Made by a program: the position numbers and the translations under genes. A model generated the notes under the pieces. That model worked only from the letters and a program-made list of their open reading frames with translations, did not search any database and was not told the DNA's origin. From an uncultured Pelagibacteraceae bacterium (GTDB taxonomy: Bacteria > Pseudomonadota > Alphaproteobacteria > Pelagibacterales > AG-422-B15), in the NCBI GenBank assembly GCA_902510025.1, contig CABWZX010000002.1:1-63630 (forward strand): a DNA stretch of 63,630 bases. The letters are read 5' to 3'. Positions 51,331 to 62,076 of this stretch are shown here, one piece after another; the first letter of the stretch is position 1; each line of letters opens with the position of its first letter.

Positions 51331-51957
51331 AAATGGAACACTGATCTTGGCTTTATTTTCTAGAGACAGATTATCTATTTTTTTTAAAAAGTTAAAAATT
51401 GCACTATAATCTCTTTCAATTCTCTTGATAATAAAAGCTATAACTTGTGGGTCTATGTTGATTTGCTGATCCTTAAAAAATTTAATAATTAAAGCACTAA
51501 CAAGGTTATCATCTGGAGAGTAAATTGTTGCAGACGAAAAAGAGTTAAATCTTGATTCTAGATCCTTTAGATTTATTTTTTTGAATTTATCTTTATTTAA
51601 TGTAATTAAAATACTTTTTCTATTATTAAATGTTTGATTATAGATATGAAAGAAATCTTCTTCGTCGTTTTCAGATAAATTATGGAAATTATCTAACACA
51701 AAATTTTCTTTTGTATCTATACTAGATAACAATAAGTTATCTTCTAAATTATAAATATTGGCCTTAGAATTTTCTTTCCAAATATTTGCAAGATGAGACT
51801 TGCCTGATTTTTCTGGACCAAATATAACAACTGCACCATTAAACCAATTTGGCCACAATTTGACTAATTCTGAAGCTTCTAGATTATTATCGCTAACATA
51901 AAAATCTTCTGACTTAAAATTCTTAATACTCATCAAATCAAAAATTAACTGACCCAT
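51307..51957 (-). CDS. hda: DnaA regulatory inactivator Hda/HdaA-like protein
   Basis: 216 aa with an N-terminal beta-clamp-binding-like QLIFDL, a Walker A GPEKSGKSHL and a DnaA-domain-III-like body. The hda / purMN neighbourhood is conserved in proteobacteria. Confidence 0.75.
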   Translation of the reverse strand: MGQLIFDLMSIKNFKSEDFYVSDNNLEASELVKLWPNWFNGAVVIFGPEKSGKSHLANIWKENSKANIYNLEDNLLLSSIDTKENFVLDNFHNLSENDEEDFFHIYNQTFNNRKSILITLNKDKFKKINLKDLESRFNSFSSATIYSPDDNLVSALIIKFFKDQQINIDPQVIAFIIKRIERDYSAIFNFLKKIDNLSLENKAKISVPFLNKFFNF

Positions 51958-51965
51958 TATGTTTT

Positions 51966-52508
51966 TTAATTATAATTTAGCCATTGTTTTATATAAAATA
52001 ATAATGAAGTTACCGTTGTTGCAATAACTGAATACATCACGAAATCTATTAAATAATTAAACATATAAACTGAATCAAATATTCCAACATTATTAACTAA
52101 TACTAAGATAATAAGTGTAAATTGTAGAAAAGTATTAATCTTGCTAATTCTTATTGGGTTAATATCTAATTTTTGATTCATTGCAAAAGATAAACAAAAT
52201 GCACCCATGATTATAATATCTCTAGAAATAACAATTATAATCACGAAAATAGGCAAAAGATTTTGGGTCCCAATCAACATATAAGCAGAAATAATAAAAG
52301 CTTTATCAGCAATTGAATCAAGATATGAGCCTATTTCACTTTGTGCATTAAAGACTCTTGCAATAAATCCATCTAGAAAATCACTAATGGCAATAATTAA
52401 TGTTGTAATAAGCGCATATAAAAAATAATCAAATAAAATTAACCATGCTACAAGTGGAATCAATATTATTCTTAAAATTGATAATATATTTGGAATCTTT
52501 TTAATCAT
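51966..52508 (-). CDS. pgsA: CDP-alcohol phosphatidyltransferase (probable CDP-diacylglycerol-glycerol-3-phosphate 3-phosphatidyltransferase)
   Basis: 180 aa, about 4-6 TM. The family motif D-x2-DG-x2-AR-x8-G-x3-D-x3-D is present as DFLDGFIARVFNAQSEIGSYLDSIADK. Confidence 0.8.
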   Translation of the reverse strand: MIKKIPNILSILRIILIPLVAWLILFDYFLYALITTLIIAISDFLDGFIARVFNAQSEIGSYLDSIADKAFIISAYMLIGTQNLLPIFVIIIVISRDIIIMGAFCLSFAMNQKLDINPIRISKINTFLQFTLIILVLVNNVGIFDSVYMFNYLIDFVMYSVIATTVTSLLFYIKQWLNYN

Positions 52509-53556
52509 CTAAAATCTGAATTTTATAATGCTCTCCAAGGTTAACAGGTAAAATATTGTTTTGAGACAATACAAGTTCAAACTTATTGTTTTCACCATGG
52601 AATTCTATAATTCCTTCTAAACTATTTAAATCAAATGACAAAATATAATAGTTTGAAATTGATTCAACTTTTTCAAGGATAGATTTTAAAGAAACCCATT
52701 CATGGATGGACTCAAAATTAAATTTAAATTTATATTGCAATTTATCATTTTCTTGCGATGTAGCTTCTACCCAATTAACCAATATCTGCTCTTTTAGATT
52801 ATTTATTATTGAAACAAATAAATCATTTTTATAAAGATTGTATTCTTCAGTGTAAGTTGATCTTAAAATTGTATTTTTATTATTCACTATTATCTTTGCA
52901 ATAATATTAAATTCTATATCGCCATTCGAGACTAATCTTGGTTCACACCATATAAATACCGTGTTGGAGGAATCTTCTGATAGATTAGGATGGTCAAAAT
53001 TTCCACTTAAAAATGAATCTAATGCTATGTTTTTATGCTGATTATTATTAAATGTATTTATATTTAAATATAGAGTGTCATCTTTATTTACAGATTCTTT
53101 CCATTTAGTGTTCCAAATATTATTTAAAATGAAAAAACTATCTTGCTTAGCAAGGATTGTAAAAACTTTGATTTCTTTTGATTTGACTTCTGAAAATGTT
53201 AAGAATCTAGAACTATAGTATTCTCGGATCTTATAAGGGTTGAAATTTATATTGAATATAGCCTTGTAATATTTTTCTGTAATATTTTCATCAACAAACT
53301 CAATGCTTTCAACCAGGTAGGAATATTCTCCTTCCTCCATTTCACTTAAAAAAAAATCATAATCATTAGGCGATAATAGCTTTTCTGATAATTCCACTAG
53401 CGCCTTAGACTGAGCTTTTTCAATAGCTAGATTTCTTATATCTTTATCATTATCAAATTCTAGTTTTATCTCTATGCCCTTGATGCTAAAATATGAACTA
53501 GCATAAGTATTACCAAAAAATAAAATATACACAGAAACATGTAATAGTATTTTCAT
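52501..53556 (-). CDS. secreted hypothetical protein, possibly DUF2066-like (by synteny next to purM)
   Basis: I prefer the start at MKILLHVSVYILFFGNTYASS (signal-peptide-like, ATG 53556). The ORF-track start at 53598 abuts the purM ATG with zero spacer. I recognised no catalytic motif. Confidence 0.45.
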   Translation of the reverse strand: MKILLHVSVYILFFGNTYASSYFSIKGIEIKLEFDNDKDIRNLAIEKAQSKALVELSEKLLSPNDYDFFLSEMEEGEYSYLVESIEFVDENITEKYYKAIFNINFNPYKIREYYSSRFLTFSEVKSKEIKVFTILAKQDSFFILNNIWNTKWKESVNKDDTLYLNINTFNNNQHKNIALDSFLSGNFDHPNLSEDSSNTVFIWCEPRLVSNGDIEFNIIAKIIVNNKNTILRSTYTEEYNLYKNDLFVSIINNLKEQILVNWVEATSQENDKLQYKFKFNFESIHEWVSLKSILEKVESISNYYILSFDLNSLEGIIEFHGENNKFELVLSQNNILPVNLGEHYKIQILDD

Positions 53557-53598
53557 TAACTTAGCTATTCTATGATTATTCATATATATAATTAACAA

Positions 53599-54642
53599 AT
53601 GGAAAAATTCTCATATTCAAATTCAGGTGTAAGTATAAATAAAGGTAATAAGTTTGTATCTCAAATTAAAAAATTAATACAAAAAGACAAACATTTAAAA
53701 AAATCAAATATTGGTGGATTTTCTGGTCAATTCTCACTCGATCCAAAAATAAAAAAACCAATTCTTGTTGGCGCTACTGATGGAGTAGGAACAAAAATAG
53801 AAATAGCTAACATGATGAATAACCACAGAACAATAGGTATTGATTTAGTGGCTATGTGTGTCAATGATCTAATCGTTGATCAAGCAAAGCCACTTTTTTT
53901 TCTCGATTATATAGCAACAGGAAAACTTGACTTGGCAAAAGGCACTCAAATCATAAAAGGTATTATTGAAGGATGTAAAAAATCGAATTGCTCTCTTTTG
54001 GGTGGTGAAACTGCTGAGCATCCAGGTGTTGATGCAAATAATAAATATGATCTTGCTGGTTTTTGTGTTGGAGTAAAAAGTGGATTAAAAAATATCAAGC
54101 CCAGATTAAAAACAAATGATCTCATTATTGGCATACAATCATCAGGACTGCATTCAAATGGATTTTCTCTCGTAAGAAAAATAATTAAAGAAAAAAAAGT
54201 CAATCTTAATAAAAAGATAGATAAAAGTAAAACTATCGGTCAACTTTTACTTCAACCAACAAAAATTTATGTTGATCCTATACTTGAATTATTTTCAAAA
54301 AAATTAATCAAAACATGTGCGCATATAACTGGCGGCGGTGTAACAGATAATCTACCAAGGTCATTAGCAAGTAATGTTAAAGCTGAAATAGATCTAAATA
54401 AATGGAATGTGCCAAAAATATTTAAATGGATTCAAAGCTATGGAGTAACCCAATCTGAAATGTTAAGAACATTTAATTGCGGGTATGGAATGGTTGTGAT
54501 CATAGAAAAATCAAAGCTTAAAAAATTTGAAAATATTATGAAGAAATACAAATTGAAATATGACCAAATTGGAATCCTTATAAATTCAAGAAAATCAAGG
54601 AAAAGAATTAAATTTATTGGTAAATTAAATTTTAATGACTAA
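53599..54642 (+). CDS. purM: phosphoribosylformylglycinamidine cyclo-ligase (AIR synthetase)
   Basis: 347 aa with YSNSGVSINKGN, GATDGVGTKIEIA, DYIATGKL and GGETAEHPG motifs. Confidence 0.93.
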   Translation: MEKFSYSNSGVSINKGNKFVSQIKKLIQKDKHLKKSNIGGFSGQFSLDPKIKKPILVGATDGVGTKIEIANMMNNHRTIGIDLVAMCVNDLIVDQAKPLFFLDYIATGKLDLAKGTQIIKGIIEGCKKSNCSLLGGETAEHPGVDANNKYDLAGFCVGVKSGLKNIKPRLKTNDLIIGIQSSGLHSNGFSLVRKIIKEKKVNLNKKIDKSKTIGQLLLQPTKIYVDPILELFSKKLIKTCAHITGGGVTDNLPRSLASNVKAEIDLNKWNVPKIFKWIQSYGVTQSEMLRTFNCGYGMVVIIEKSKLKKFENIMKKYKLKYDQIGILINSRKSRKRIKFIGKLNFND

Positions 54643-55207
54643 GTATCCAATTGGTGTATTTATATCAGGACGTGGTTCAAATCTAAAATCTATTATCAAT
54701 GCATGTAGTGAATTAAGTTTTCCAGGTAAAATAAGTATTATATTTTCCGATAACCCTGATGCTAAAGGCATAGAATTAGCATATGAAAATAATATTGATG
54801 CTATTTCGTTGGATGTTAATGATTTTAAAGATAAAAATGACTTTGAAGAAGAGATTTTAAAATTAATTGAACCTTATAATCTCAAACTAGTTTGTTTAGC
54901 TGGGTATATGAAAATATTATCAAAAAGATTTATTGATAAATTTCCAGGAAAAATAATAAATATTCATCCTTCCTTACTCCCAAAATATAAAGGTCTTGAT
55001 ACTCACCGTCGCGCCATAGAAAACAAGGATTCTGTTTCTGGGTGTACTGTCCATTATGTAAATGAAAATTTAGATGATGGAGAAATAGTTGTACAGAAAG
55101 AAGTAAAGATTGATAGTAACGATACAGAGCTTACACTTGCTGATAAAGTTCTAAAAGAAGAACATTTAATATATCCTGAGGCGATTAAGCTATTGCTTAA
55201 GAAATGA
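54635..55207 (+). CDS. purN: phosphoribosylglycinamide formyltransferase
   Basis: 190 aa with [34 protein letters not shown] and a DDGEIV motif. It overlaps purM by 8 nt. Confidence 0.92.
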   Translation: MTKYPIGVFISGRGSNLKSIINACSELSFPGKISIIFSDNPDAKGIELAYENNIDAISLDVNDFKDKNDFEEEILKLIEPYNLKLVCLAGYMKILSKRFIDKFPGKIINIHPSLLPKYKGLDTHRRAIENKDSVSGCTVHYVNENLDDGEIVVQKEVKIDSNDTELTLADKVLKEEHLIYPEAIKLLLKK

Positions 55208-55619
55208 TATCTTCATCAGAAAAAAAGTGATTAATTTCGATCGCAGCATTTTCAGAGCTATCTGACCCATGAACAGAGTTTTTTTCTAAAGAGAGGGCAA
55301 ACTTTTTTCTGATTGTACCTTCAGCCGCTTCGTCAGGATTAGTTGCTCCCATTACCTCTCTATTTCTGTAAATTGCGTTTTCACCTTCAAGAACCTGAAC
55401 CACAATAGGCCCTGAACACATGAAATCACATAAGCTCTGAAAAAAAGGTTTATCTGAGTGAATGCCATAAAATGCTGCCGCTTTTTCTTGATCAAGTTTA
55501 ATTCTCTTCGAAGCAACGATTCTTAATCCCGCCTCTTCAAGCATAGCAGTAATTTCACCAATTTTATTTCTTTCTACTGCATCAGGCTTAATAATTGAAA
55601 AAGTTCTCTCCATTGTCAT
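55197..55619 (-). CDS. ndk: nucleoside-diphosphate kinase
   Basis: 140 aa with [22 protein letters not shown] and NSVHGSDS (active-site His). Confidence 0.95.
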   Translation of the reverse strand: MTMERTFSIIKPDAVERNKIGEITAMLEEAGLRIVASKRIKLDQEKAAAFYGIHSDKPFFQSLCDFMCSGPIVVQVLEGENAIYRNREVMGATNPDEAAEGTIRKKFALSLEKNSVHGSDSSENAAIEINHFFSDEDIIS

Positions 55620-55624
55620 TTTTT

Positions 55625-57133
55625 TTATTTTCCTTCGTAATATTTGGATACTAATCGATTTAATAACTTAACCCCAAAAGCCGTTGCACCTTTTGGAGAA
55701 GTGGGCATTGGTTTTTTTGTCCAAGTTGTACCTGCAATGTCTAGATGAGCCCAAGGAACTTTATTTACAAAACGTTGGAGAAACTGAGCTGCTGTAATTG
55801 ATCCTGGCCCTCTTCCATTCGTTATGTTTTGCATATCTGCTATAGGGGAATTAAGCATTTTGTCATAACGATCATTTAGAGGAAGTCTCCACAATTTTTC
55901 ATCTTCGATCTCTCCTGCTTCAGTCAATTGCTTACTTAATTTATCGTTATTGGAAAATAAACCTGCATATTCATCTCCAAGAGCGACTATTATAGCTCCT
56001 GTCAAAGTAGCAAGATCAATTATAGCTTCAGGCTTGTACTGCTCTTGGGTATACCAAAGAGCATCTGCTAAAACAAGTCTACCTTCAGCGTCAGTATTTA
56101 AAACCTCGATTGTTTGACCTGAATAAGATTTTACAACATCACTTGGTCTTTGTGCATTGCTTCCAATATGATTTTCAACTAGGCCAACTACACCAACAGC
56201 ATTAACCTTTGCTTTTCTGCCTGCTAGCGCTTTCATTAAACCAATAACAACTGCTGATCCTCCCATATCATATTTCATTTCCTCCATCCCATTTGAAGGT
56301 TTTAAAGAAACCCCGCCAGTATCAAATGAAACACCTTTCCCTACAAAGGCTATTGGTTTCTTTTTTTTATTTCTAGAGCCATTCCACTTCATTACCACTA
56401 ACTGTGACTCATGAATACTACCTTGGCCAACTCCCAATAGAGATCCCATCCCAAGTTTTTTCATTTCTTTTTCACCTAGAATTTTAACTTCTACTCCTAA
56501 AGATTCTAATGATTTGGCATTTTCAGCTATTTTTGGAGGTGTCATAAAGTTAGGAGGTTCAGTTACAAGATCACGAGTTAATTTAACACCATCTGAGATT
56601 GCATCTATTTTTTCTGAATTTTTTAAAATTCTGCTGTATTGAGCAGAATGAATTTTTATTTTTTTCCTATTCTTATTTTTAGAATCTTTTTTAGTGTGAT
56701 ATTTATTAAATTCATAAGAGGATAGTTTAATGCCTAGAACCAGCTCTCCAACAGAACTCATAAAACTAACTTTTGAAGAAGTAATACCATCAGGATAGAT
56801 GATAATTTTTTCTTCCTTGTAGAATTTAATAATAGATTGAATATGACCTCCAAGAATCTGAAAGTCTCTAACTGAATATTCCTTATATTTCTTTAATTTA
56901 AATATATATAATTTAGTAAGTTTAAGATTCTCGGGTTGATGAATTATTGTATAGTCATAATGTTTGGAATTTCTGCTTTGAAAGGATTGGTCTCCTTTAA
57001 TTATCTGAGATATATGTTTTTTTGATAGCTGATCTAGTTTTTTTGCAAAACCAATCAAACGACAGTTCTGATCGCAAAAAACAACTCCTGCATGGTCTTT
57101 TTCCTGTCGAAGATTGTTAAATTGAATATCCAT
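55625..57133 (-). CDS. pepA: leucyl aminopeptidase (M17)
   Basis: [39 protein letters not shown] and AHLDIAG motifs. I prefer the start at MDIQFNN (57133). The ORF-track start is 57154. Confidence 0.92.
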   Translation of the reverse strand: MDIQFNNLRQEKDHAGVVFCDQNCRLIGFAKKLDQLSKKHISQIIKGDQSFQSRNSKHYDYTIIHQPENLKLTKLYIFKLKKYKEYSVRDFQILGGHIQSIIKFYKEEKIIIYPDGITSSKVSFMSSVGELVLGIKLSSYEFNKYHTKKDSKNKNRKKIKIHSAQYSRILKNSEKIDAISDGVKLTRDLVTEPPNFMTPPKIAENAKSLESLGVEVKILGEKEMKKLGMGSLLGVGQGSIHESQLVVMKWNGSRNKKKKPIAFVGKGVSFDTGGVSLKPSNGMEEMKYDMGGSAVVIGLMKALAGRKAKVNAVGVVGLVENHIGSNAQRPSDVVKSYSGQTIEVLNTDAEGRLVLADALWYTQEQYKPEAIIDLATLTGAIIVALGDEYAGLFSNNDKLSKQLTEAGEIEDEKLWRLPLNDRYDKMLNSPIADMQNITNGRGPGSITAAQFLQRFVNKVPWAHLDIAGTTWTKKPMPTSPKGATAFGVKLLNRLVSKYYEGK

Positions 57134-57175
57134 AGTATTATGTACCTTTAGCAAAATGTTGATATAAATGAATAA

Positions 57176-58276
57176 ATGTCAAGGTTAACAATATACGTAA
57201 TTAAAGAAATTTCATCAAGCTTTCTGTTTGCTCTGATATTATTGACAGGAATAGTCTGGTTAGGTCAAGGTCTCCGGCATCTGGATCTTCTCACTACTGA
57301 CAATGTTGACATATCATCCTATTTTTCATATGTAATTCTACTCTTGCCAAAGATTCTTCAACTAACTATTCCTATTTCTTTGTTTATTTCCATTCTATTT
57401 AACCTAAATAGACTTAAAAGTGATAGTGAGTTAGTAGTGTTTTGGGCTGCAGGTAAATCTAATAACAATATATTACTAAAACCTATTCTAGCTTTTACCT
57501 CTTTTGTTTTTATATTTATGGTTCTTCTAAGTGTGTATATTACACCTTATTCATTAAACGAAATTCGCCATAAAATAAGTGATATAAGATCATCAGGAAT
57601 TCACTCTGGCATATTAAAAGAAAGAAAGTTCATCTCACCAATCGATACTCTTACAATATTTTTACAAGAAATAAATGGTAACCAAATATCAGGGCTACTA
57701 ATTCATGACCTAAAAAATCCAAATAAACCGAGCACTTATATTGCAAAAAATGGTGAGCTGATAATTGAAAAAAATAAAAAATTCTTAAGGTTATATAATG
57801 GAAATATTCAAATACTCGATAAAGATAATAAGAAAATATCAGAAATTTCTTTCGAAACCTATGATCTAAACTTAGCTAGCTACACAAAAAAAGACAATGC
57901 TTATATCTATCCAGATGAATTAACAACATCAACTATAATTAAAAAAATAAAAAGCAATGAATTTAATAATGAGCAATTTGCTGAACTAAATAATAGATTT
58001 ATAAATCCTTTTTATATTTTTGCTCTTTCTCTATTGCCATTGTTAATATTCAGTATTTCAAAAACACCTGATAAAAATTGGTTAATCCCTATAGTTATTG
58101 TCTCTGTTTGTGGTCTGTTAATAAAAATAATAGAAATAACTTTATCCAATTTTTTAATTGATAATAATTACATGTATATACTTAACTACTGCGTGCCTCT
58201 AATGATTATCACTTTGATTTTGCTTATCATCTATAAAGAGGAATACAACAAAAAAAGGATTGGTAATGTTCTCTAA
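57176..58276 (+). CDS. lptF: LPS export ABC transporter permease LptF
   Basis: 366 aa YjgP/YjgQ-family topology (3 TM, periplasmic beta-jellyroll, 3 TM). The conserved divergent pairing with pepA and the following lptG support the call. Confidence 0.85.
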   Translation: MSRLTIYVIKEISSSFLFALILLTGIVWLGQGLRHLDLLTTDNVDISSYFSYVILLLPKILQLTIPISLFISILFNLNRLKSDSELVVFWAAGKSNNNILLKPILAFTSFVFIFMVLLSVYITPYSLNEIRHKISDIRSSGIHSGILKERKFISPIDTLTIFLQEINGNQISGLLIHDLKNPNKPSTYIAKNGELIIEKNKKFLRLYNGNIQILDKDNKKISEISFETYDLNLASYTKKDNAYIYPDELTTSTIIKKIKSNEFNNEQFAELNNRFINPFYIFALSLLPLLIFSISKTPDKNWLIPIVIVSVCGLLIKIIEITLSNFLIDNNYMYILNYCVPLMIITLILLIIYKEEYNKKRIGNVL

Positions 58277-59363
58277 AATTAATTTATATTTATTTAAAAA
58301 TTTCTTTTATTCATTTTTAATCACTTTTACACTCTTCGCCGTTCTAGTATTTATAGGTGATTTTATAGAGCAATTTAGAAAAGCAACAAATAAAGATGTT
58401 CCATTAAAAATTATTTTTCAATTAAGCTCTTATAATTTTCTTAGTCTAACTATGTACACTCTTCCGATCTGTTCTTTCTTTTCTTCTCTTTTTTCTTTCT
58501 TATATCTAATAAGGAAATCAGAGTTAATTGTTGTATCTTCATCTGGATTATCAATTAAATCTATATTGCTCTCACCAATTATATTACATTTATTAATAGG
58601 ATTCTTTTTTATAACTTCATTAAATCCTCTGATGGCAGTATTTGATGATAAATATAGTGAACTAGAATATGAATATATAAACAGAGTAGATAAATTTGCT
58701 TCAATTACAAAAAATGGAATCTGGCTAAAACAATTTAACAATCAAAATAATTTATCTAGCGTATTATTTGCAAAAAATATAAAAGAAGAAGGTAGGTCTC
58801 TCTCCGAGTTTATGATTCTTGAATATGATGAGAATGGCTCATTTCAAGGTAGATTAGATGGAAGTTCGGCAAAATTATATGATGGACACTGGAGTATGAC
58901 TGATGTTCAAATATCACCAAAATTTGATGATCCATATTTTGAGAAAGTTTTTCATTATAAAACTAACATACAAATAGAAGATATCTCTGATAGCCTTTCA
59001 TCACCGTTAAGTATATCAATTTGGAGAATTGGAAAGTTTATTCATTTTCTGGAAAATCTTGGCTATTCAGCAATCGATTTTAAACTACACTACTACGGCC
59101 TTGCTACATTGCCTTTCTTTTTAATGTGCCTAGTTATTCTATCAGCAAGCATAACAAATAATTTAAAGCAAAATGACAAAATATTTATGACGCTTATAAC
59201 CTCTTTTATATTGATTTTTCTAGTATATTTTATATCAAACCTTTTAGAAGCGTTAGGATCTTCAGCTCAAATTAACCCAATAGTTGCTAAAGCCTCTGTG
59301 CCAATAATTATAATGCTTCTATCTTTTTTTATTTTCAAATACCCTAAAATAATAGGAAGATAA
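58260..59363 (+). CDS. lptG: LPS export ABC transporter permease LptG
   Basis: 367 aa, second YjgP/YjgQ paralogue. It overlaps the lptF end by 11-17 nt. Confidence 0.85.
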   Translation: MVMFSKINLYLFKNFFYSFLITFTLFAVLVFIGDFIEQFRKATNKDVPLKIIFQLSSYNFLSLTMYTLPICSFFSSLFSFLYLIRKSELIVVSSSGLSIKSILLSPIILHLLIGFFFITSLNPLMAVFDDKYSELEYEYINRVDKFASITKNGIWLKQFNNQNNLSSVLFAKNIKEEGRSLSEFMILEYDENGSFQGRLDGSSAKLYDGHWSMTDVQISPKFDDPYFEKVFHYKTNIQIEDISDSLSSPLSISIWRIGKFIHFLENLGYSAIDFKLHYYGLATLPFFLMCLVILSASITNNLKQNDKIFMTLITSFILIFLVYFISNLLEALGSSAQINPIVAKASVPIIIMLLSFFIFKYPKIIGR

Positions 59364-59366
59364 TCT

Positions 59367-61460
59367 ATGAAAACTTTATTGAAAACAAAAAATTTCTATT
59401 TTGTATTCTATATCTTCATTGTTCTAGTTATCTTTATTAGTAATAATTTAAAGGCTGAACAGGAAATTAAGATTATTGCAAATGAAGTATTTATTAATCA
59501 AGAAAAAGAAATAATTGAAGCGCAAGGAGACGTTTTAATTATAGGTAAAAAAATAAAATCAAAATCTGATTCTGTAATTTACAACAAGAATAGTGGTGAA
59601 ATTGATGCAAACGGAAATGTGAGCGTTCTAGATGAATTTGGTAATCATTATTTTTTTGAAAATCTAAAAACTAACGATGATTTTACATCATTAGATGCAA
59701 CAAATATTAAAATGAGACTTAAAGATGATTCTAGAATAGTTGGAAGAAAAATTATTAAAGATGAAAGTTTAAATATAATTTCTGATGCTGAATATACCCC
59801 ATGTCTGAAAGAAAATTACCTAATTGAAAACTGTCCTGGCTGGAAACTAAAGGCTGGTAAAGTTTTTCATAACTTGGATACAAAAACTATTCACTATGAT
59901 CATGCTAGAATACATATTTTTAATTTGCCAGTATTTTATCTTCCTTATTTTGCTCATCCAGATCCAAGCGTAAATAAAAGAACAGGTTTTCTAATGCCCA
60001 CTATAAAAAGTGATGACCAGTTGGGAGACACTATTTCCTTGCCTTTCTTTTACAATATTTCTAGCAATAAGGATCTAACTATCACTCCAAATTTCCAAGG
60101 TAATGAGAATAATTTTTATGAGTTGGATTATAGACACTTGAATAAATTTGGTCATCTAAATATAAACTCAAGCATAAATGATAATGACGACAATCTTGGA
60201 TCAAGAAACCACTTCTTTGCAGATGCAGATATTAATAATAAATATGGAACACTAAAAAGTTATATTCAAACAAGCAATAATGACACTTACATGCGTAAAA
60301 TGAAAATTAATGACTTAACTGTATTAAAGTCCGGTATTGATTTTGAAAGATCTTATAATAACACAAATTTATCAATAGAATCAAATGCCTATAAGCATCT
60401 GACTAGACAAGACTCAGAGCAGTGGGAGTACCTATACCCTCTATTGAAATATGACATTAATAGCATTGAAGATGAAGACTTTGGAGGAAGAGTATCTTTA
60501 AATAATATTTTTAGGAATTATAAGGGGCTTGACAACTCGTACTCGTCTCTATTTTCTTCTCAATTAAACTGGACAAAAGTAGATGTAAACTCAAGCTCAG
60601 GAATTATTTTTGATAATCATTTAAACTTTAAAATTGTTTCTTCGTCTATCGATTATAAAGATAGCACTAAAGATGAGGAGAAATTGATATTTTATCCTCA
60701 GATGGGATCTAAGATTTCATTACCTTTAATTAAAACTAATATTAAAAATTCTCAAACTCTTACTCCTATAATCATGCCTATACTTGCTCCATATAATAAC
60801 TACACAAATGCTCAAGCTGTAAATAATAGTAATATTTTTTCATTTAATAGAGCTTCAGGTTTAGATGAATGGGAAAGCGGTCCAAGGATTAACTATGGAG
60901 TAGAATGGTATATAGACTTCAAAAATGATATAGATGTAAAATTAACATTAGGACAATCAGCAAAAATAAATAAAAATAAATCTGATAAATCAGAAGAAAT
61001 ATCTGATTATATTCTTACAACAAGAATGAATTTAGATTCAGATAAATACATAGATCATTCTATTGCTTTAAATAGAAATAATGTTGATATTAAAGAATCA
61101 AATACAAATGCTTATTTTAATTATAAAAATTTTCAATTTGCAATTGATCATAACTACACCTCTAGTAAATACTCTACTGGCGCCGAGCAAATAAGGATAG
61201 GAGGAAATATTGAGCTTGTTAATGATTTTTCTTTCAATTTTACGGGCACTAGAAATTTAAATACAAATAACAATATTGGATATCAATATGGAATCTTATA
61301 TGAGAATGATTGCCTGGGCATAGATTTCAATTACTATAGAGATCTGACAGAAGATAGGGATATTTCAATAAGTGATGGTCTAAGTTTAACAATAGTTCTG
61401 AAGCCATTTGGGTCAACAAAAGCTTATGGCAACAAGAAGGTATTTGGACCTCAAGTTTAA
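59367..61460 (+). CDS. lptD: LPS-assembly outer membrane protein LptD
   Basis: 697 aa with a signal peptide and an OstA-N-like region (IIANEVFINQEKEIIEAQGDVLI). RTGFLMPT and a long beta-barrel with a C-terminal aromatic-rich end are also present. It follows lptFG and precedes surA. Confidence 0.88.
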   Translation: MKTLLKTKNFYFVFYIFIVLVIFISNNLKAEQEIKIIANEVFINQEKEIIEAQGDVLIIGKKIKSKSDSVIYNKNSGEIDANGNVSVLDEFGNHYFFENLKTNDDFTSLDATNIKMRLKDDSRIVGRKIIKDESLNIISDAEYTPCLKENYLIENCPGWKLKAGKVFHNLDTKTIHYDHARIHIFNLPVFYLPYFAHPDPSVNKRTGFLMPTIKSDDQLGDTISLPFFYNISSNKDLTITPNFQGNENNFYELDYRHLNKFGHLNINSSINDNDDNLGSRNHFFADADINNKYGTLKSYIQTSNNDTYMRKMKINDLTVLKSGIDFERSYNNTNLSIESNAYKHLTRQDSEQWEYLYPLLKYDINSIEDEDFGGRVSLNNIFRNYKGLDNSYSSLFSSQLNWTKVDVNSSSGIIFDNHLNFKIVSSSIDYKDSTKDEEKLIFYPQMGSKISLPLIKTNIKNSQTLTPIIMPILAPYNNYTNAQAVNNSNIFSFNRASGLDEWESGPRINYGVEWYIDFKNDIDVKLTLGQSAKINKNKSDKSEEISDYILTTRMNLDSDKYIDHSIALNRNNVDIKESNTNAYFNYKNFQFAIDHNYTSSKYSTGAEQIRIGGNIELVNDFSFNFTGTRNLNTNNNIGYQYGILYENDCLGIDFNYYRDLTEDRDISISDGLSLTIVLKPFGSTKAYGNKKVFGPQV

Positions 61461-61464
61461 AATT

Positions 61465-62076
61465 ATGTTTAAATTAATTACTAAATTTCTAATAGCTCTT
61501 ACTACATTTATTTTCTTTATAAATTTTAGCTATGCGAATAATCAAAATAAAATTGCTATATTAGTAAATGATAGCGTTATTTCGGATTATGATATTGAAC
61601 AAAGAGTTAAGATATTTGCAATCGTAAACCAGGTACAACTTACACCCGAAAATAATAGTATAATTGCAAATCAAGTAGTAGATCAACTAATTGATGGTAT
61701 TCTGAAAAATGAGAAGATAGTTGAATTAAACATTAACGTTGAAAACAATGAAATGGAAAGTTACGAGACTACTTATTTTAAAAATAGGAATCTAAAAAAA
61801 GAAGATATATTTAAATTGATGTCTCTTAATGGCGTTAGTGAAGACAAATTTTATGAAATGATATATTTAGAACTTACATGGAAAAAACTTATAGCGAGGA
61901 TGTTTTATAGAACAGCATCAGTATCAGAACTAGAAATTGATGAATTAATCAAAAATGATCCTAGTTTACCGAGAGAATTTGCTGAAAGAATTGTGTTAGA
62001 TAATCAATTAGCGCTAAAAAGTAGTAAAATGTTAAGAGACCTAAGGTCAGAAGCTACAATTGAATACAAGCAATAA
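61465..62076 (+). CDS. surA: SurA N-terminal-domain chaperone lacking a parvulin PPIase domain
   Basis: I prefer the start MFKLITKFLIALTTFIFFINFSYA (signal peptide), 4 nt after the lptD stop. IAILVNDSVISDYDIEQR matches the SurA_N start. The total is only about 203 aa, so there is no room for a rotamase domain. Confidence 0.65.
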   Translation: MFKLITKFLIALTTFIFFINFSYANNQNKIAILVNDSVISDYDIEQRVKIFAIVNQVQLTPENNSIIANQVVDQLIDGILKNEKIVELNINVENNEMESYETTYFKNRNLKKEDIFKLMSLNGVSEDKFYEMIYLELTWKKLIARMFYRTASVSELEIDELIKNDPSLPREFAERIVLDNQLALKSSKMLRDLRSEATIEYKQ

